Shown: piece after piece, positions 50,371 to 60,042 of the stretch
How the letters are laid out: each line of letters starts with the position of its first letter
Numbering within the stretch: the first letter of the stretch is position 1
Position numbers and translations under genes: made by a program
The notes under the pieces: generated by a model
Databases searched by the model: none
What the model saw: the letters and a program-made list of their open reading frames with translations, nothing else
What the model was told of the DNA's origin: nothing
Origin: Thermoproteaceae archaeon
GTDB lineage: Archaea > Thermoproteota > Thermoprotei > Thermoproteales > Thermoproteaceae
Direction: 5' to 3'
NCBI GenBank assembly: GCA_020833025.1
Contig: JAJHRB010000002.1
Span: forward strand, 1-64,000
Length of the DNA stretch: 64,000 nucleotides

Positions 50371-50852
50371 CTCTGGATATCTCTCTGTGGGAATTTATGT
50401 TTTGTCTCCTCCTGATACGTAAAAATCGCGTCGTCGGGAACCAGACCCCTGCTCCTAAGCTCCCATAACACTTCGTATGCCCTCCAAACCCTCGCGGTGG
50501 TGTAGAGGAACTGCGCGGCATACGCCGCGCCGTTTTCAGACAGCGCAATGTATCCTCTGTCCTCAGCCACCGCAATGCAGTAGGCTTCGGGAAAGTCGAG
50601 CCCGCGAGTGGGCCCGCGGCGGCTCAGCTCCACCAGCCTCAGGGCGCGGTCGCGGTACTCGGGCAGGAGGGGAAATAGGGACATGTCCCCGGAGGCTAGG
50701 CGGTCGGCTATCCACATGAGGGTCCTCTCGCTCTGCACCTCATTTAGCACGTCCTCCGGAATCCACACGACGCGGAACACGCGGAAGAGGAGATCCCTGT
50801 GCGAGAACCTCGCCCAGTCTACCAGGAACGAGGTGTCCGCGATGGCCTCCAT
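50349..50852 (-). CDS. PIN-domain (VapC-like) ribonuclease
   Basis: IADTSFL, VLNE, LDFPEAYCIAVA. Confidence 0.85.
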   Translation of the reverse strand: MEAIADTSFLVDWARFSHRDLLFRVFRVVWIPEDVLNEVQSERTLMWIADRLASGDMSLFPLLPEYRDRALRLVELSRRGPTRGLDFPEAYCIAVAEDRGYIALSENGAAYAAQFLYTTARVWRAYEVLWELRSRGLVPDDAIFTYQEETKHKFPQRDIQRWRDCRS

Positions 50853-51070
50853 TAATTCACGTGGGGTATTCCCGCCCTGATGCGCAGCTCGTTAAACTCC
50901 TCCACTCTAAGCCCCGCGATTTTGGCAGCCACGTAGAGGTCCCCGGTCTCTATGTAAAATACTAGTGCCGCCCTGAGCCTTGGCGGCAGCGAGTTTATAT
51001 AGTTCCAGTCTGCCTCCCTCCTTCTGAGCTCCCTGGCCTCCCTCTCGCGGTCTTTGAGGTGCTCCTCCAC
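50852..51070 (-). CDS. UPF0175-like antitoxin, copy 1
   Basis: AAKIAGLRVEEF...RAGIP; stop overlaps PIN start. Confidence 0.75.
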   Translation of the reverse strand: MEEHLKDREREARELRRREADWNYINSLPPRLRAALVFYIETGDLYVAAKIAGLRVEEFNELRIRAGIPHVN

Positions 51071-51301
51071 GGGAGTGTGCGGCCGCGTAAATAAGTGGAT
51101 GCGGAGCCATGGAGGGCCTCGGGGCGGCTGCCAATATCTTGAAAGCGCAATAATCGAGTGCGGATTGATGCGCGGGCTGCCGCATTTCGCGCAGCGGTGC
51201 TAGTGTGCGCTATGAGAGGCGGCACTCACTATACAAAATTAAAAATAATTAAAAATAATGATATTATGACATTTATATTGTCGCGGGCAAGCCGCCTTGA
51301 G

Positions 51302-52123
51302 ATGCAAAAAGTTCGCATTATTACAAAATCCCTGGGGGGAGAGCCTCTCATTACAGTTTACGCGCTGGAGGCGGGCGGCGCCGCCATTGTCATCGATCCC
51401 GGGCCCGCGTCGCTCCACTCGCCGCTGGAGGCAGACGCCGTGCTGTGCACGCACCTGCACCTCGATCACTGCGGGTCTGCCGGCTACTTCGGCGCGCCGG
51501 TTTACGCCCACGAGAGGTACGCGGCGCACCTGCTCGACCCGTCGAGACTGTATGAAGCCGCCAGGGCCGTGCTGGGGCGGTATGCAGAGGCGTGGGGTGC
51601 CCCGCCGCCGTGCAAGAACGCCGTCGGCGTGAGCGACGGCGCCAGGCTCTTCGGCGCGATCGACGTGCTGCACGCGCCCGGCCACGCCCCGCACCACGTC
51701 GCGTACTACTGGAGGGACGGCGGGGTCTTGTTTGTCGGCGACGGCGCCGGCGGGTACATCCCGGAGCTGGGCGCGGTAATTCCCGTGACGCCGCCGCCGT
51801 TCCGCTTAGACCTCTACCTGCAGTCCCTCGAGAGGATGAGGGCGGTCGGCGCTGGCGCCATCTGCTACTCGCACTATTCCTGTACGCGCGACGTCGAGCT
51901 CCTCGAGGCGCACCGGCAGCAGGTGAGGGCGTGGGCCGAGGTCCTGGGAGAGAGCCCTGACATATCGCTAGACGAGGCGTTCAAGCTCCTCGCGAGGGAG
52001 GATGAGAACGCCGCCAGAGTACTTGCAGCCGGCGGCATTTACGCCGACCTCTACCTGCGGGTCAGCGTGCTGGGGTTTCTTGACTACTTGCGGAGGGCCA
52101 AGCCGCCGCACGACTGCCTTTGA
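51302..52123 (+). CDS. MBL-fold metallo-hydrolase
   Basis: THLHLDHCG, APGHAPHH, VGDGAG, YSHY. Confidence 0.9.
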   Translation: MQKVRIITKSLGGEPLITVYALEAGGAAIVIDPGPASLHSPLEADAVLCTHLHLDHCGSAGYFGAPVYAHERYAAHLLDPSRLYEAARAVLGRYAEAWGAPPPCKNAVGVSDGARLFGAIDVLHAPGHAPHHVAYYWRDGGVLFVGDGAGGYIPELGAVIPVTPPPFRLDLYLQSLERMRAVGAGAICYSHYSCTRDVELLEAHRQQVRAWAEVLGESPDISLDEAFKLLAREDENAARVLAAGGIYADLYLRVSVLGFLDYLRRAKPPHDCL

Positions 52124-52491
52124 GATCTCGCGCGCTCGCGTTTGGGAGGAAAAAGAATGGAGTCTTGCCTCGCCGCCCGCGCTTATCGGCGAGAATCACG
52201 AGCGCCGCCGCGGGCCGCCACCGCCACAGCCCACGCGATTGCGTGCAGGGCGTGGCCCGGCATTTCGTGTCTTCTGGCGCAGAGCCCCCTGATGCAGGAA
52301 TCCTGAAGGGGGCGTCAGTCCCCCGCCCCGCGCCCGCGGCGTTCCGTGTCTGCACCGAGGACGGGGCGCGGAGGCTCCTCCACTTCAGCGACGCGCTGAC
52401 GCGACTGCTGCAGGCTGACGGCCGCGCCTTGCAGCCTCCTCAGCGTTGAACTAAATGCCGGCCGGGCCTGGCGGAAGCCAGAAGTACGGAC

Positions 52492-52603
52492 TGGAGCCCC
52501 GGCCGGGATTTCTGGGCGGGCACTCCCCGAACCCGGGACCTCCGCCCGCGAGGCGGCCTACGGGTCTGCAGCCCGCCGCTCTACCGGACTGAGCTACCGG
52601 GGC
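52492..52603 (-). tRNA. tRNA-Cys(GCA) with introns at 45/46 (52540-52557) and 56/57 (52512-52528)
   Basis: Cloverleaf after removal, U73 discriminator, CCA. Confidence 0.92.
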
Positions 52604-52627
52604 TTGCGCGCCCTTGCGCGGCATCTT

Positions 52628-53407
52628 TTAAGCTTTGTCCCCGGCCTCCCAGTGCCCGGCGCACTGCGCCTTGCAGCGCCCGCGCGCCTCCGGCTGCCTG
52701 CCCGCGCGCTCGCTGACAGGTTCCAGAGCTGTTTTGGGCCTGGCGCGGGCGCGCCTTATCATGTAGTAGCCCCAGCCGCTCGGGTGCCAGTGCGCCTCGC
52801 CCTCGAGGACCTCCACGGACACCAGCGGGCTCTCGACGACAAAGCTTTCATACTCGCCCCCCTCGCCGACAGGCGAGAAGCCGTAACGCCTGCTGAGCGC
52901 GATTATCTCCTCGGCGACCTCCGGCGTCACGACCCTGCCGAGGTGGGAGGGGCCCAGCCCCAGCGCCATCACGGCCACTACCATGAAGCGCATGGCGCTC
53001 GCCTCCTCCCTCAGCAGCCTCTCGGGGTCGCGGCCCCACAGCGGCGCGACGTGCTTGAGACCCAGCCTCTCGGCAACTGCGTCGACGCGGCTCTTCTGGT
53101 ACCTCGAGGCAACGGCTCCTGACACGAGACCCTCGATCCCGCGCCCGCGCTTGATTCCCCTCAAGGCCTCCGCCAGCTCCTCCACCTCAGCCTCCTTGAC
53201 CCCGCTCACCTCGACGAAGTGGTGAGGCATCCCCACGGCCTCCCCGTGAAGGGCGCTCCACCTCACGTTGATCGAGTGGAACATGTAGGAGTCGGGCCTT
53301 CCCGGCACGGCCGTTATGAGGCACGCCACCTCGAGACCCGCCTCGAGCGCCCTCATCAGCGCGTAGTGGCTGTCCTTGCCGCCGGTGTACAACACGGCGA
53401 CTCTCAC
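52628..53407 (-). CDS. Diphthine--ammonia ligase (Dph6 family)
   Basis: YTGGKDS, SYMFH, GAVASRYQ, GEGGEYES. Confidence 0.92.
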   Translation of the reverse strand: MRVAVLYTGGKDSHYALMRALEAGLEVACLITAVPGRPDSYMFHSINVRWSALHGEAVGMPHHFVEVSGVKEAEVEELAEALRGIKRGRGIEGLVSGAVASRYQKSRVDAVAERLGLKHVAPLWGRDPERLLREEASAMRFMVVAVMALGLGPSHLGRVVTPEVAEEIIALSRRYGFSPVGEGGEYESFVVESPLVSVEVLEGEAHWHPSGWGYYMIRRARARPKTALEPVSERAGRQPEARGRCKAQCAGHWEAGDKA

Positions 53408-53494
53408 GCGCGAGTCTCGCCCTGCCGATAAATGCTGCACGCCGGGCAAGCGCCGGCGCGACTCGGTAGCCGGAGGGAGTGCCCGGCAGGAAGG

Positions 53495-53580
53495 TGGTGC
53501 GGGGGGTGGGATTTGAACCCACGCAGGCCTACGCCACAGGGACCTGAACCCTGCCCCTCTGGGCGGGTGGTGGCGGGCGC
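53495..53580 (-). tRNA. Split tRNA-Leu(CAG) 3' half (positions 22-76 from 53558) with leader
   Basis: Identical to the TAG half except anticodon; leader GCGCCCGCCACCACCCGCCCAG; TATA CTTAAAAA at 53605-53612. Confidence 0.9.
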
Positions 53581-53847
53581 TGTCGTGCCCTCGACGGGCT
53601 TGTATTTTTAAGCTTTCACATGACCGCCAGCGCCATCCCTCCCCCACCTTGCCGCGCTTCAGAGTGTCTGTGCCAGGTGGCAGGCGCGGGCTGGCCGGGC
53701 TGCCCTCCCGCCAGCGACGGCATTTGCGCGCACAGCGGCACAGCACAAAAACAGCAGAAAGGCGCGGGGCGCGCCTCTGCGCGGGGATTGCGGTCAGTGA
53801 GCGACCCTGCCGCCTCCGCGGTACCTAACGCAGCTTACCGCGTCGCT

Positions 53848-53874
53848 CTGACCCCCGCCCTGAGGGGCAGGACT
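53848..53874 (-). mobile_element. Solo IS200/IS605-type end hairpin
   Basis: CTGCCCCTCAGGGCGGGGGTCAG. Confidence 0.55.
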
Positions 53875-53994
53875 CTAAGCCGCGCGCTCCCAGAGTTCCG
53901 GAGACTCTGGAGAGGTGGGCACCCAAGAGGCTCAGGAAAGAGAATGAGATATATGTGGAGGTGGTATGGAAAAAAATTTGTGAGTTGGTTTTAG

Positions 53995-54640
53995 GCCTTT
54001 ACAATAAGTTCGTACTTCTTGGTGCAGAACCACAAGTACTTGCACTCAATGCCGGGCTCCTTGAGCCTCATCTCGGCGTCCTCAACAGTGGCCGGCGGCG
54101 GCACGACGGCCGGTCGCCGGCTTCCAGTCGGCGGGCGTGGCGTAGCCGCACTTGCAGCTTAACTGATCGCGCCTACTACGCGGAGGATCTCGTCGATGTT
54201 CCTGCCGTTGTTGTAGGACACGCGCGAGCCAGGCAAGCTTTAGGTCTGGGTCGATCAAAGCTACTACCTAACCGTCGCGTGCTGCTTTGGCGGTATCGCG
54301 TTGAAGAGAGACGCGACCTTCATGCCTATGTCTGCAATTATGGAAACGGCACCTCGACTCTAAATGCCGCTCGATATGCCTCTTCCACTCGATGCGGCAG
54401 TATACCGTGTCTACGCTGAGGCCGAGAAGCTCGATGCCTCTCTTTCTGAACTCCTCATACTTCCTCGAGAACGCGACGAACTCGGTGGTACACACTGGCG
54501 TGAAGTCGCCTGGGCGGCTGAACAGCAGCCACTCCCTGTAGTCGCGGAAGCGCCTCTCGCCCCATGTCCGTCTTGAGGCATAGATCTTCCAGTATTTTCA
54601 TCCCTAGGAACATTTCTACCCGAAATTACCTCAAACGTCG
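53995..54640 (-). pseudogene. Peroxiredoxin pseudogene
   Basis: [40 protein letters not shown] across several frames with stops. Confidence 0.85.
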
Positions 54641-55103
54641 TTTCTTTCAGCCTACGTCACCCCGGCATGCTGTGTGAGACCTCTCATCGTACACCGTATT
54701 CTCAATCGCTATTACTGAGCCATGCGGTCCTCACCGTCATTGCGCTCGGGAGTAACGCCGATGGGCGGCACCTCTCAATATTTTGCGGCCAACAAACAGG
54801 CAGGGGAATTACTACGCGTGGATAGAGACGCCACACCATCGTGGCTGGTGCTATCTCCCTGCCAGGGTCCGCCCCCGGCGATTCTCTAAACAAAAGACGA
54901 GAAATCAAGCTCCCGAGTCAGCACCTGGTGTACGCGGTGTCGGCAACTGAAATTGCAGGCAGGAGGCACTCTCAAGCCCTGGAGGGCAAGAATAGGGGCA
55001 GCAGGCAGCACCCGCCACCCGCCCCTTTGACCTGGCTCGGGCACCCCCGCCTTGCCTTCACTGCAGCACTTGCACATAAACTTTTCGCCCCTGTTGTGCG
55101 GTC

Positions 55104-55280
55104 TCACGCAGGGGGGGTGAGCATGCTCAGCGCCATTAAGGCAGCCGCGATTGCGACCGAGATTATGACGGCGGCTCTCGGCGTTAGCCTAATCCTCTCG
55201 AGCTCTCCCTCCTCGCTGAACTTTATGAGCCCTGCCGCCACGAAGGGGTTGAGGCCCTCGTACCTTCTCCTCCGCGCCAC
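55104..55280 (-). CDS. Preprotein translocase subunit Sec61beta/SecG (58 aa; absent from the ORF track)
   Basis: RRRRYEGLNPFVAAGLIKFSEEGELERIRLTPRAAVIIS plus TM. Confidence 0.88.
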   Translation of the reverse strand: MARRRRYEGLNPFVAAGLIKFSEEGELERIRLTPRAAVIISVAIAAALMALSMLTPPA

Positions 55281-55311
55281 GGGTATGCCCCGGGGCAGCT
55301 AAAAAAATACT

Positions 55312-55362
55312 TCAGCCCATGCGAGTGTCTTCAACGCTCCGGCCATCGGGGTTTCTCATCAC
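55312..55362 (-). ncRNA. C/D-box sRNA, probable 16S 5'-domain guide
   Basis: GTGATGA...TTGAAGA...CTGA; guides complement CCAUGCGAGU and (C/U)AUCGGGGU, adjacent in archaeal 16S as I recall it. Confidence 0.8.
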
Positions 55363-55542
55363 CGCGGCGGGCCCCGCCGCGCGGATAAATGAGTTACGGG
55401 GCGGCCCTCCCCTGCCCGCGCCCCCTTTCATCTCCCCGCCGCACTCCGGGGGCCGGAGGCCCCGCTCACTAATCGCGGGGAGGGGCCGCGGCGGGGCGGG
55501 AGGCGCTGCCCCCCTCGGCCTGCCTGAACGCGCCAGCGCAGC

Positions 55543-56826
55543 TTAGGAGGCGGCTAGGCGGCTGGTCGGCGGCGCTGGGCGGGACCCCTCGCCCGGCGGG
55601 GGGCGCCCCTCCATGAGAGGGCAAAGCAATGGGGCAATATAAGCATCCGGGGAGGAAAAAGAGGGAGGATTTGCGAGTCTCATCAGCTCGTCAAACCTCC
55701 TCTGCGCCCACATTGCCGGCACCCCGTCCCTGTGCACCTCTAGGCCGCACTGCGCGCATTTAACGCGCCTCTCTGGCAGCTCCTGCATTTTCGCCCCGCA
55801 CCTCGGGCACACTGTGCTGAACAGCCTCGCCTCAACATAGGGAACGCCGTGCCACTCCGCCAGCCCCTCGATCAGCCTCCTCAGCCTACCGAAATTTAGC
55901 AGCGCCTTTCTCTCTGCTGGGTACTTGTTGTCTTGCTTGAGCTCTCTCATAGAGCTGTCGTCGGGGACGTCAACGACAATCGCCGCCTTGCGCTTTCTCG
56001 CGAGCCAGACGAGCTCCCTGGCGGCGCCCACCTCCCACTCCCTCAGCAGCCGCCAGAGCCTGCTCTTCGCGCTTCTTGCCATCTTGCAGTATGGATCCCC
56101 CCTCTTTGCACAGAGCGAGTCGAGCTCCGCGGCCCTCCTCTGCATGTGCACGATCTTCGAGACGTCGGGCCTCAGCGCGCCGCGCCTCAGCACCCTGTTA
56201 CGCTCTACAACAGCGTAGGTAATGCCGTTGTGCAGCGCGTTGAGGTCTATCGCGAGCACGCGCTTGGGCTCGACGGGCTCCACTTCGCGCCTGAAGACTA
56301 GAGCGATATAGAGCTTTGCAGCGCGGCTCCCGCGGCTCCGGCCGACCCACACCGCCGCCAGAACAAGCTTCGCGCCCTCTCTCACACGCTCTAAAATCTG
56401 CTTTGTGGCGTCCTCGCCCAGTGGCAGCGCTATCGTGCCGGTGCCGAGCTTCCTCACGCGGACCTTGCGTTTAGGCACGTCGGCGAGAACGCCTCTGCTG
56501 ACGTCTCTCTCATCGCTAAGTCTTAACTGGGCATCGAGAATTAGCGGCACCTTCATCCCGCGCTTAACAGCGTGTGCTCTTAGCCACTCGAGCATGTTCC
56601 ACGCGTGCACGAACTTTTGCGCGAGATATCTCAGCGGGTTTTCCTCCGGCATCGGTACTTTGCCGCCGCTTTTAGCCCACTCCGCCGCCCACCTCCTGAA
56701 CTCCTCCTGCGCCCTCAGAAGCGCGGGGATCTTCTGCTGCACCTCCGGCGGCAGCCCGAGGATGTCGTACTTGAGCAGCAGCGCCCTGTACGCCCTCCCT
56801 CTCATGCCGGGCGGCCGCCCGCGCAT
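55543..56826 (-). CDS. Stand-alone TnpB-like protein (RuvC plus Zn ribbon)
   Basis: VLAIDLN, AIVVDVP, CPRCG...CAQCG, HRD; no tnpA nearby. Confidence 0.85.
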   Translation of the reverse strand: MRGRPPGMRGRAYRALLLKYDILGLPPEVQQKIPALLRAQEEFRRWAAEWAKSGGKVPMPEENPLRYLAQKFVHAWNMLEWLRAHAVKRGMKVPLILDAQLRLSDERDVSRGVLADVPKRKVRVRKLGTGTIALPLGEDATKQILERVREGAKLVLAAVWVGRSRGSRAAKLYIALVFRREVEPVEPKRVLAIDLNALHNGITYAVVERNRVLRRGALRPDVSKIVHMQRRAAELDSLCAKRGDPYCKMARSAKSRLWRLLREWEVGAARELVWLARKRKAAIVVDVPDDSSMRELKQDNKYPAERKALLNFGRLRRLIEGLAEWHGVPYVEARLFSTVCPRCGAKMQELPERRVKCAQCGLEVHRDGVPAMWAQRRFDELMRLANPPSFSSPDAYIAPLLCPLMEGRPPPGEGSRPAPPTSRLAAS

Positions 56827-57121
56827 ATCGGGGAACCGGCCACGTAAAAAAGGGGGCTTACCTCCCGCTCAGCTCCCTCCAGAGCGCCCGGATGCCGCTG
56901 AGAAGCAGCCCGGCCGCGGCGCCGGCAAGCGCCGCGATGACTGCCAGCGCCGTCAGCGTTCAGCCACATTACAATCAGCGCCGCCCCGGGCGCCACCGCC
57001 GCGCACAGCAGCGCCGCGGGCAACTCCATGTCGGCCGTGCTGTGCGCGCGCATTTATGACCTCGGGGCCGCCCGCGCCCCTTCAGGGGCCTGCCGTAGGG
57101 CCCTGACAGGGGGCCGTCCCG

Positions 57122-57976
57122 TTGGCCTTAACCCCGGCGCCCGCCCGGGGCCGTGCTCCTGGAGGCGTACGCGGGGAGGGCCCTCAGGCTCTACGGGAGG
57201 GGAGGGCGCTCGCGCGCGCCGCGGCCGGCTTCAGGAGGGGCAGGCTCGCCGCGGTCTACCTGCCGCCCGCATATCCCCTTGATGGGTTTGAATACGCGAT
57301 AGCCCCCCTGATCGGCGGCGGCCCCGAGGAGGCCTACGCCAGGCTCGCCGCGCTGCTGGGAGAGCTCGCAAGCTGGGCGCGCTACGCGCGCTGGCGCTGG
57401 CGCGAGGCGGCAGAGAGGTGCGCGGGGAGTGACGGGGCCGCCCCGGCCCTGCTGTCGGTGGGCAGGGAGTCGCTGCTGGGCCTCGCCGAGATGGTGGCAC
57501 ACCCGGCGCGCATGGGAGTTAGCAGCCCCGCCGCCGCCCTCTACGAGCTCGCCGCCCTCCGCGCCCCGCGGCTGCTTGAGTGCCGGGACGCCCGCAGGGC
57601 TCTCCGCGAGGCGGCCGCCGTGCTCGGCGGCCTCCTGGTCGCGCTCGGAGCCGCGCTCCACTGGGACCCGTCGAGGCCGCTGAGGCTCCGCGCCGGGATT
57701 CCCGCGCCCCGCGCGCTGAGGCCGACCGCGCTCACGGGGATGCTCGCCCGCGCGCTGCAGGGCGCCGCCAGGCCGGGGGACTACATTGGCGCGTGGAGGG
57801 GGCTCGTCGAGTGCGTCGCGCGGCTCGCAGACAGGCCAGCGGAGGTCGCCGCCGCCCGCTGCGCGGGGGTGCTGGAGGGGTGGAGGGAAATGGGCGCGGC
57901 GGCGGAGGACCTCTTCGTCCGCGCCACCGTCTACACCCTGTACGACCTGATAGCAGCGCTGGAGCGCCGGCCGTGA
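57122..57976 (+). CDS. Ala-rich hypothetical protein; possible frameshift near 57195
   Basis: Coding-like from GRALARAAAGF; a better N-terminus (VLLEAYAGRALRLYG) lies in another frame. Confidence 0.55.
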   Translation: MALTPAPARGRAPGGVRGEGPQALREGRALARAAAGFRRGRLAAVYLPPAYPLDGFEYAIAPLIGGGPEEAYARLAALLGELASWARYARWRWREAAERCAGSDGAAPALLSVGRESLLGLAEMVAHPARMGVSSPAAALYELAALRAPRLLECRDARRALREAAAVLGGLLVALGAALHWDPSRPLRLRAGIPAPRALRPTALTGMLARALQGAARPGDYIGAWRGLVECVARLADRPAEVAAARCAGVLEGWREMGAAAEDLFVRATVYTLYDLIAALERRP

Positions 57977-58103
57977 GCGCGGCGCGGTAGCGCGCCGGCC
58001 ATTTAACAAAGGGCGGGAGCTTAACACGCGGCAAGAATTTATCAGCCGGCGAGGATTTATTACGCAGCAGACCCCTAACGTGCAGGCTATATGCCAGGAG
58101 CGC

Positions 58104-58754
58104 TTATTCTATACAACGCCGCAGATTCTCAAGGGCATTCCTAACCCACCCGAGCCAGTCGCGGAACGTCCTGTCCCTGCCGGGAGTGAAGGGCTCGTAG
58201 ACTACGTAGGACGTGTCGTTGCGGAACACGGCAGCGTAAATCGGCGGGATTCTGACCGCCGGACCGCCGCCGAGCGGGCGGTAAAGGCCGTAAGTCTCGG
58301 CCACCCTCCTCGCGAGCGACAGCGCCTGCTCGACTCTCGGCGACGGCGCCGCGGTCCTGTTCGCGGCACTCCCGGCGAGGTAATCGCCCGGCGAGATCCC
58401 GCCATTGTAGAGGAGCGAGAGATAGCCCTTCGTCTCGTTGTCCTCGGCCCAGGGGGCCAGGTACACGGTGTATCCCCTGGCCGTCTCCAGGAGCCCGCGG
58501 AGCGCCGCGAGGAGCTCCGCGCGGTTCGGCGCGTTGAGCTGGTCGCGGTAGCCGACCAGCACGACGCCCTCGGTCCCGCGCGCTGCCAGCACGCCGACTC
58601 TGGAGGCCGCGGCGAGGATCTCCTCCCTGGCCCGCTCGTCCTCCCAGTAAGGCTTATACACAGGCCCCCGCTCGTAGGCGCCGGTGGCTAGCGTCGCGAA
58701 AAGCGCGCACGCGGTGATCGCGAGCGCCGCCGCGAAGACAGCCCAGTTATTCAC
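58104..58754 (-). CDS. Exported or membrane-anchored hypothetical protein
   Basis: N-terminal hydrophobic segment. Confidence 0.7.
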   Translation of the reverse strand: MNNWAVFAAALAITACALFATLATGAYERGPVYKPYWEDERAREEILAAASRVGVLAARGTEGVVLVGYRDQLNAPNRAELLAALRGLLETARGYTVYLAPWAEDNETKGYLSLLYNGGISPGDYLAGSAANRTAAPSPRVEQALSLARRVAETYGLYRPLGGGPAVRIPPIYAAVFRNDTSYVVYEPFTPGRDRTFRDWLGWVRNALENLRRCIE

Positions 58755-58823
58755 GGCGCGCGCCGCGCGGGCGCGTTATAAGCATTAGCCGGGTCTATCA
58801 CCCTGCCTTACCTCCCGGCGTAC

Positions 58824-59621
58824 ATGAGAGTGCTGGGCGTGCCTGACGTCGAGATAGGCGCCGTGAGGTCTCTCGGCGTGCTCGTTACACCGCTCGCAGT
58901 AGTTCCGGGCGGCGCGCTGACTGCCGCCGCGCAGTTTGCATACGCGCCGGCGCAGGACTGCAGGCAGTTCGCGGCGATTTGTGTGATAGAGCCGGCTTCG
59001 CTTCTACGAGCCGGCCCTAGTCGCCCAGGCTTGGCGTCCGCCCTCGCGAAGGCCCTCCTCTCCTACTGCCAGCTGTGGCCGGGCGCGGAGTGCCAGCGGC
59101 CCGTCGCTCACGCCCTCGTTGCCGGCTTCGTGGTCTCGCCCGGCTCCACAGCCATGCAGACACTCAGGGTGCTCTACGGAGCTGGGGTCGTGAGCGTCAG
59201 CAGCACCACGTGGGGTGCCCTCCAGCGCGCCGCCACGGCGGCGAGCCTGGCCTTGAGCCCCGCGCTTTACCCCCCGCCGACAGGGCGCGCTGCGCGCAGC
59301 TGCCGCTCGCAGGCCTCCTGACTGCCGCGGCCAGGAGCCTCGCCGCGGCTGTTGCCGAGTCCCGCTGCCCTCGCGCTCGCCGCGATTGCCGTGGACGCCG
59401 TCACGACCCTCGCGGCCTCGATTCGCAGGGCGCTAGCGGGCGCCGTGAGTCCCGAGAGCGGGAGAGCGTGCTCGGCGCCATGCTGGCGCACGAGTACCTC
59501 GGCGGCACTGCCGGCAGTATTGTCGCAGGGTGGCTCTACTCGCCGTCCTACAGTGCTCCTCGCCTGCGCGGCGGCGCTGGCCGCAGTCCCCTCAGAGCTG
59601 CGAGAGCTCGACCAGCTTTAG
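58824..59621 (+). pseudogene. Frameshifted hypothetical gene
   Basis: Protein-like segments pass across three frames. Confidence 0.4.
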
Positions 59622-59990
59622 GAGCGCGGATCTCTCGGCTATCAAGTCCCTTATTGAGATAACGCCGTAGAGGGACCCGGCCCGCGTGACCACCACGTGG
59701 CGCACCCCGCGCTCGCGCATTAACTGCGCCACGCGCCACACCGGCTCCTCGGCGTCCACGGTCACAGCGGGAGAGCTCATGATTTTGCTGGCGGGAGAGC
59801 TCAAATCAAGCCCCGAGGCGACGGCTCTGACCACGTCGCGCTCCGACACTACCCCGACCACGCGCTGCATCTCGTCGGCTATAACCACGAGGCCGACGGC
59901 GTTCTGCGCCATCAGTCTTGCGACGTCTCTCACGCTGGCATTGAGTCCGGCGACGACGGGAGGCCTCCTCGCCAGATCTCCGGCCCTCAC
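59592..59990 (-). CDS. CBS-domain pair protein
   Basis: VVGVVSERDVV, LYGVISIRDL. Confidence 0.9.
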   Translation of the reverse strand: MRAGDLARRPPVVAGLNASVRDVARLMAQNAVGLVVIADEMQRVVGVVSERDVVRAVASGLDLSSPASKIMSSPAVTVDAEEPVWRVAQLMRERGVRHVVVTRAGSLYGVISIRDLIAERSALLKLVELSQL

Positions 59991-60042
59991 GGTCCGGGGC
60001 CCGGGCGCGCTTAAAAGTCTCGCCAACAGAGCAGTGTGAACA

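Noticed and set aside
51237-51256. Tandem AATTAAAAAT repeat in an AT-rich intergenic region
   Set aside because: Probably promoter or operator sequence of the flanking divergent genes; cannot be assigned
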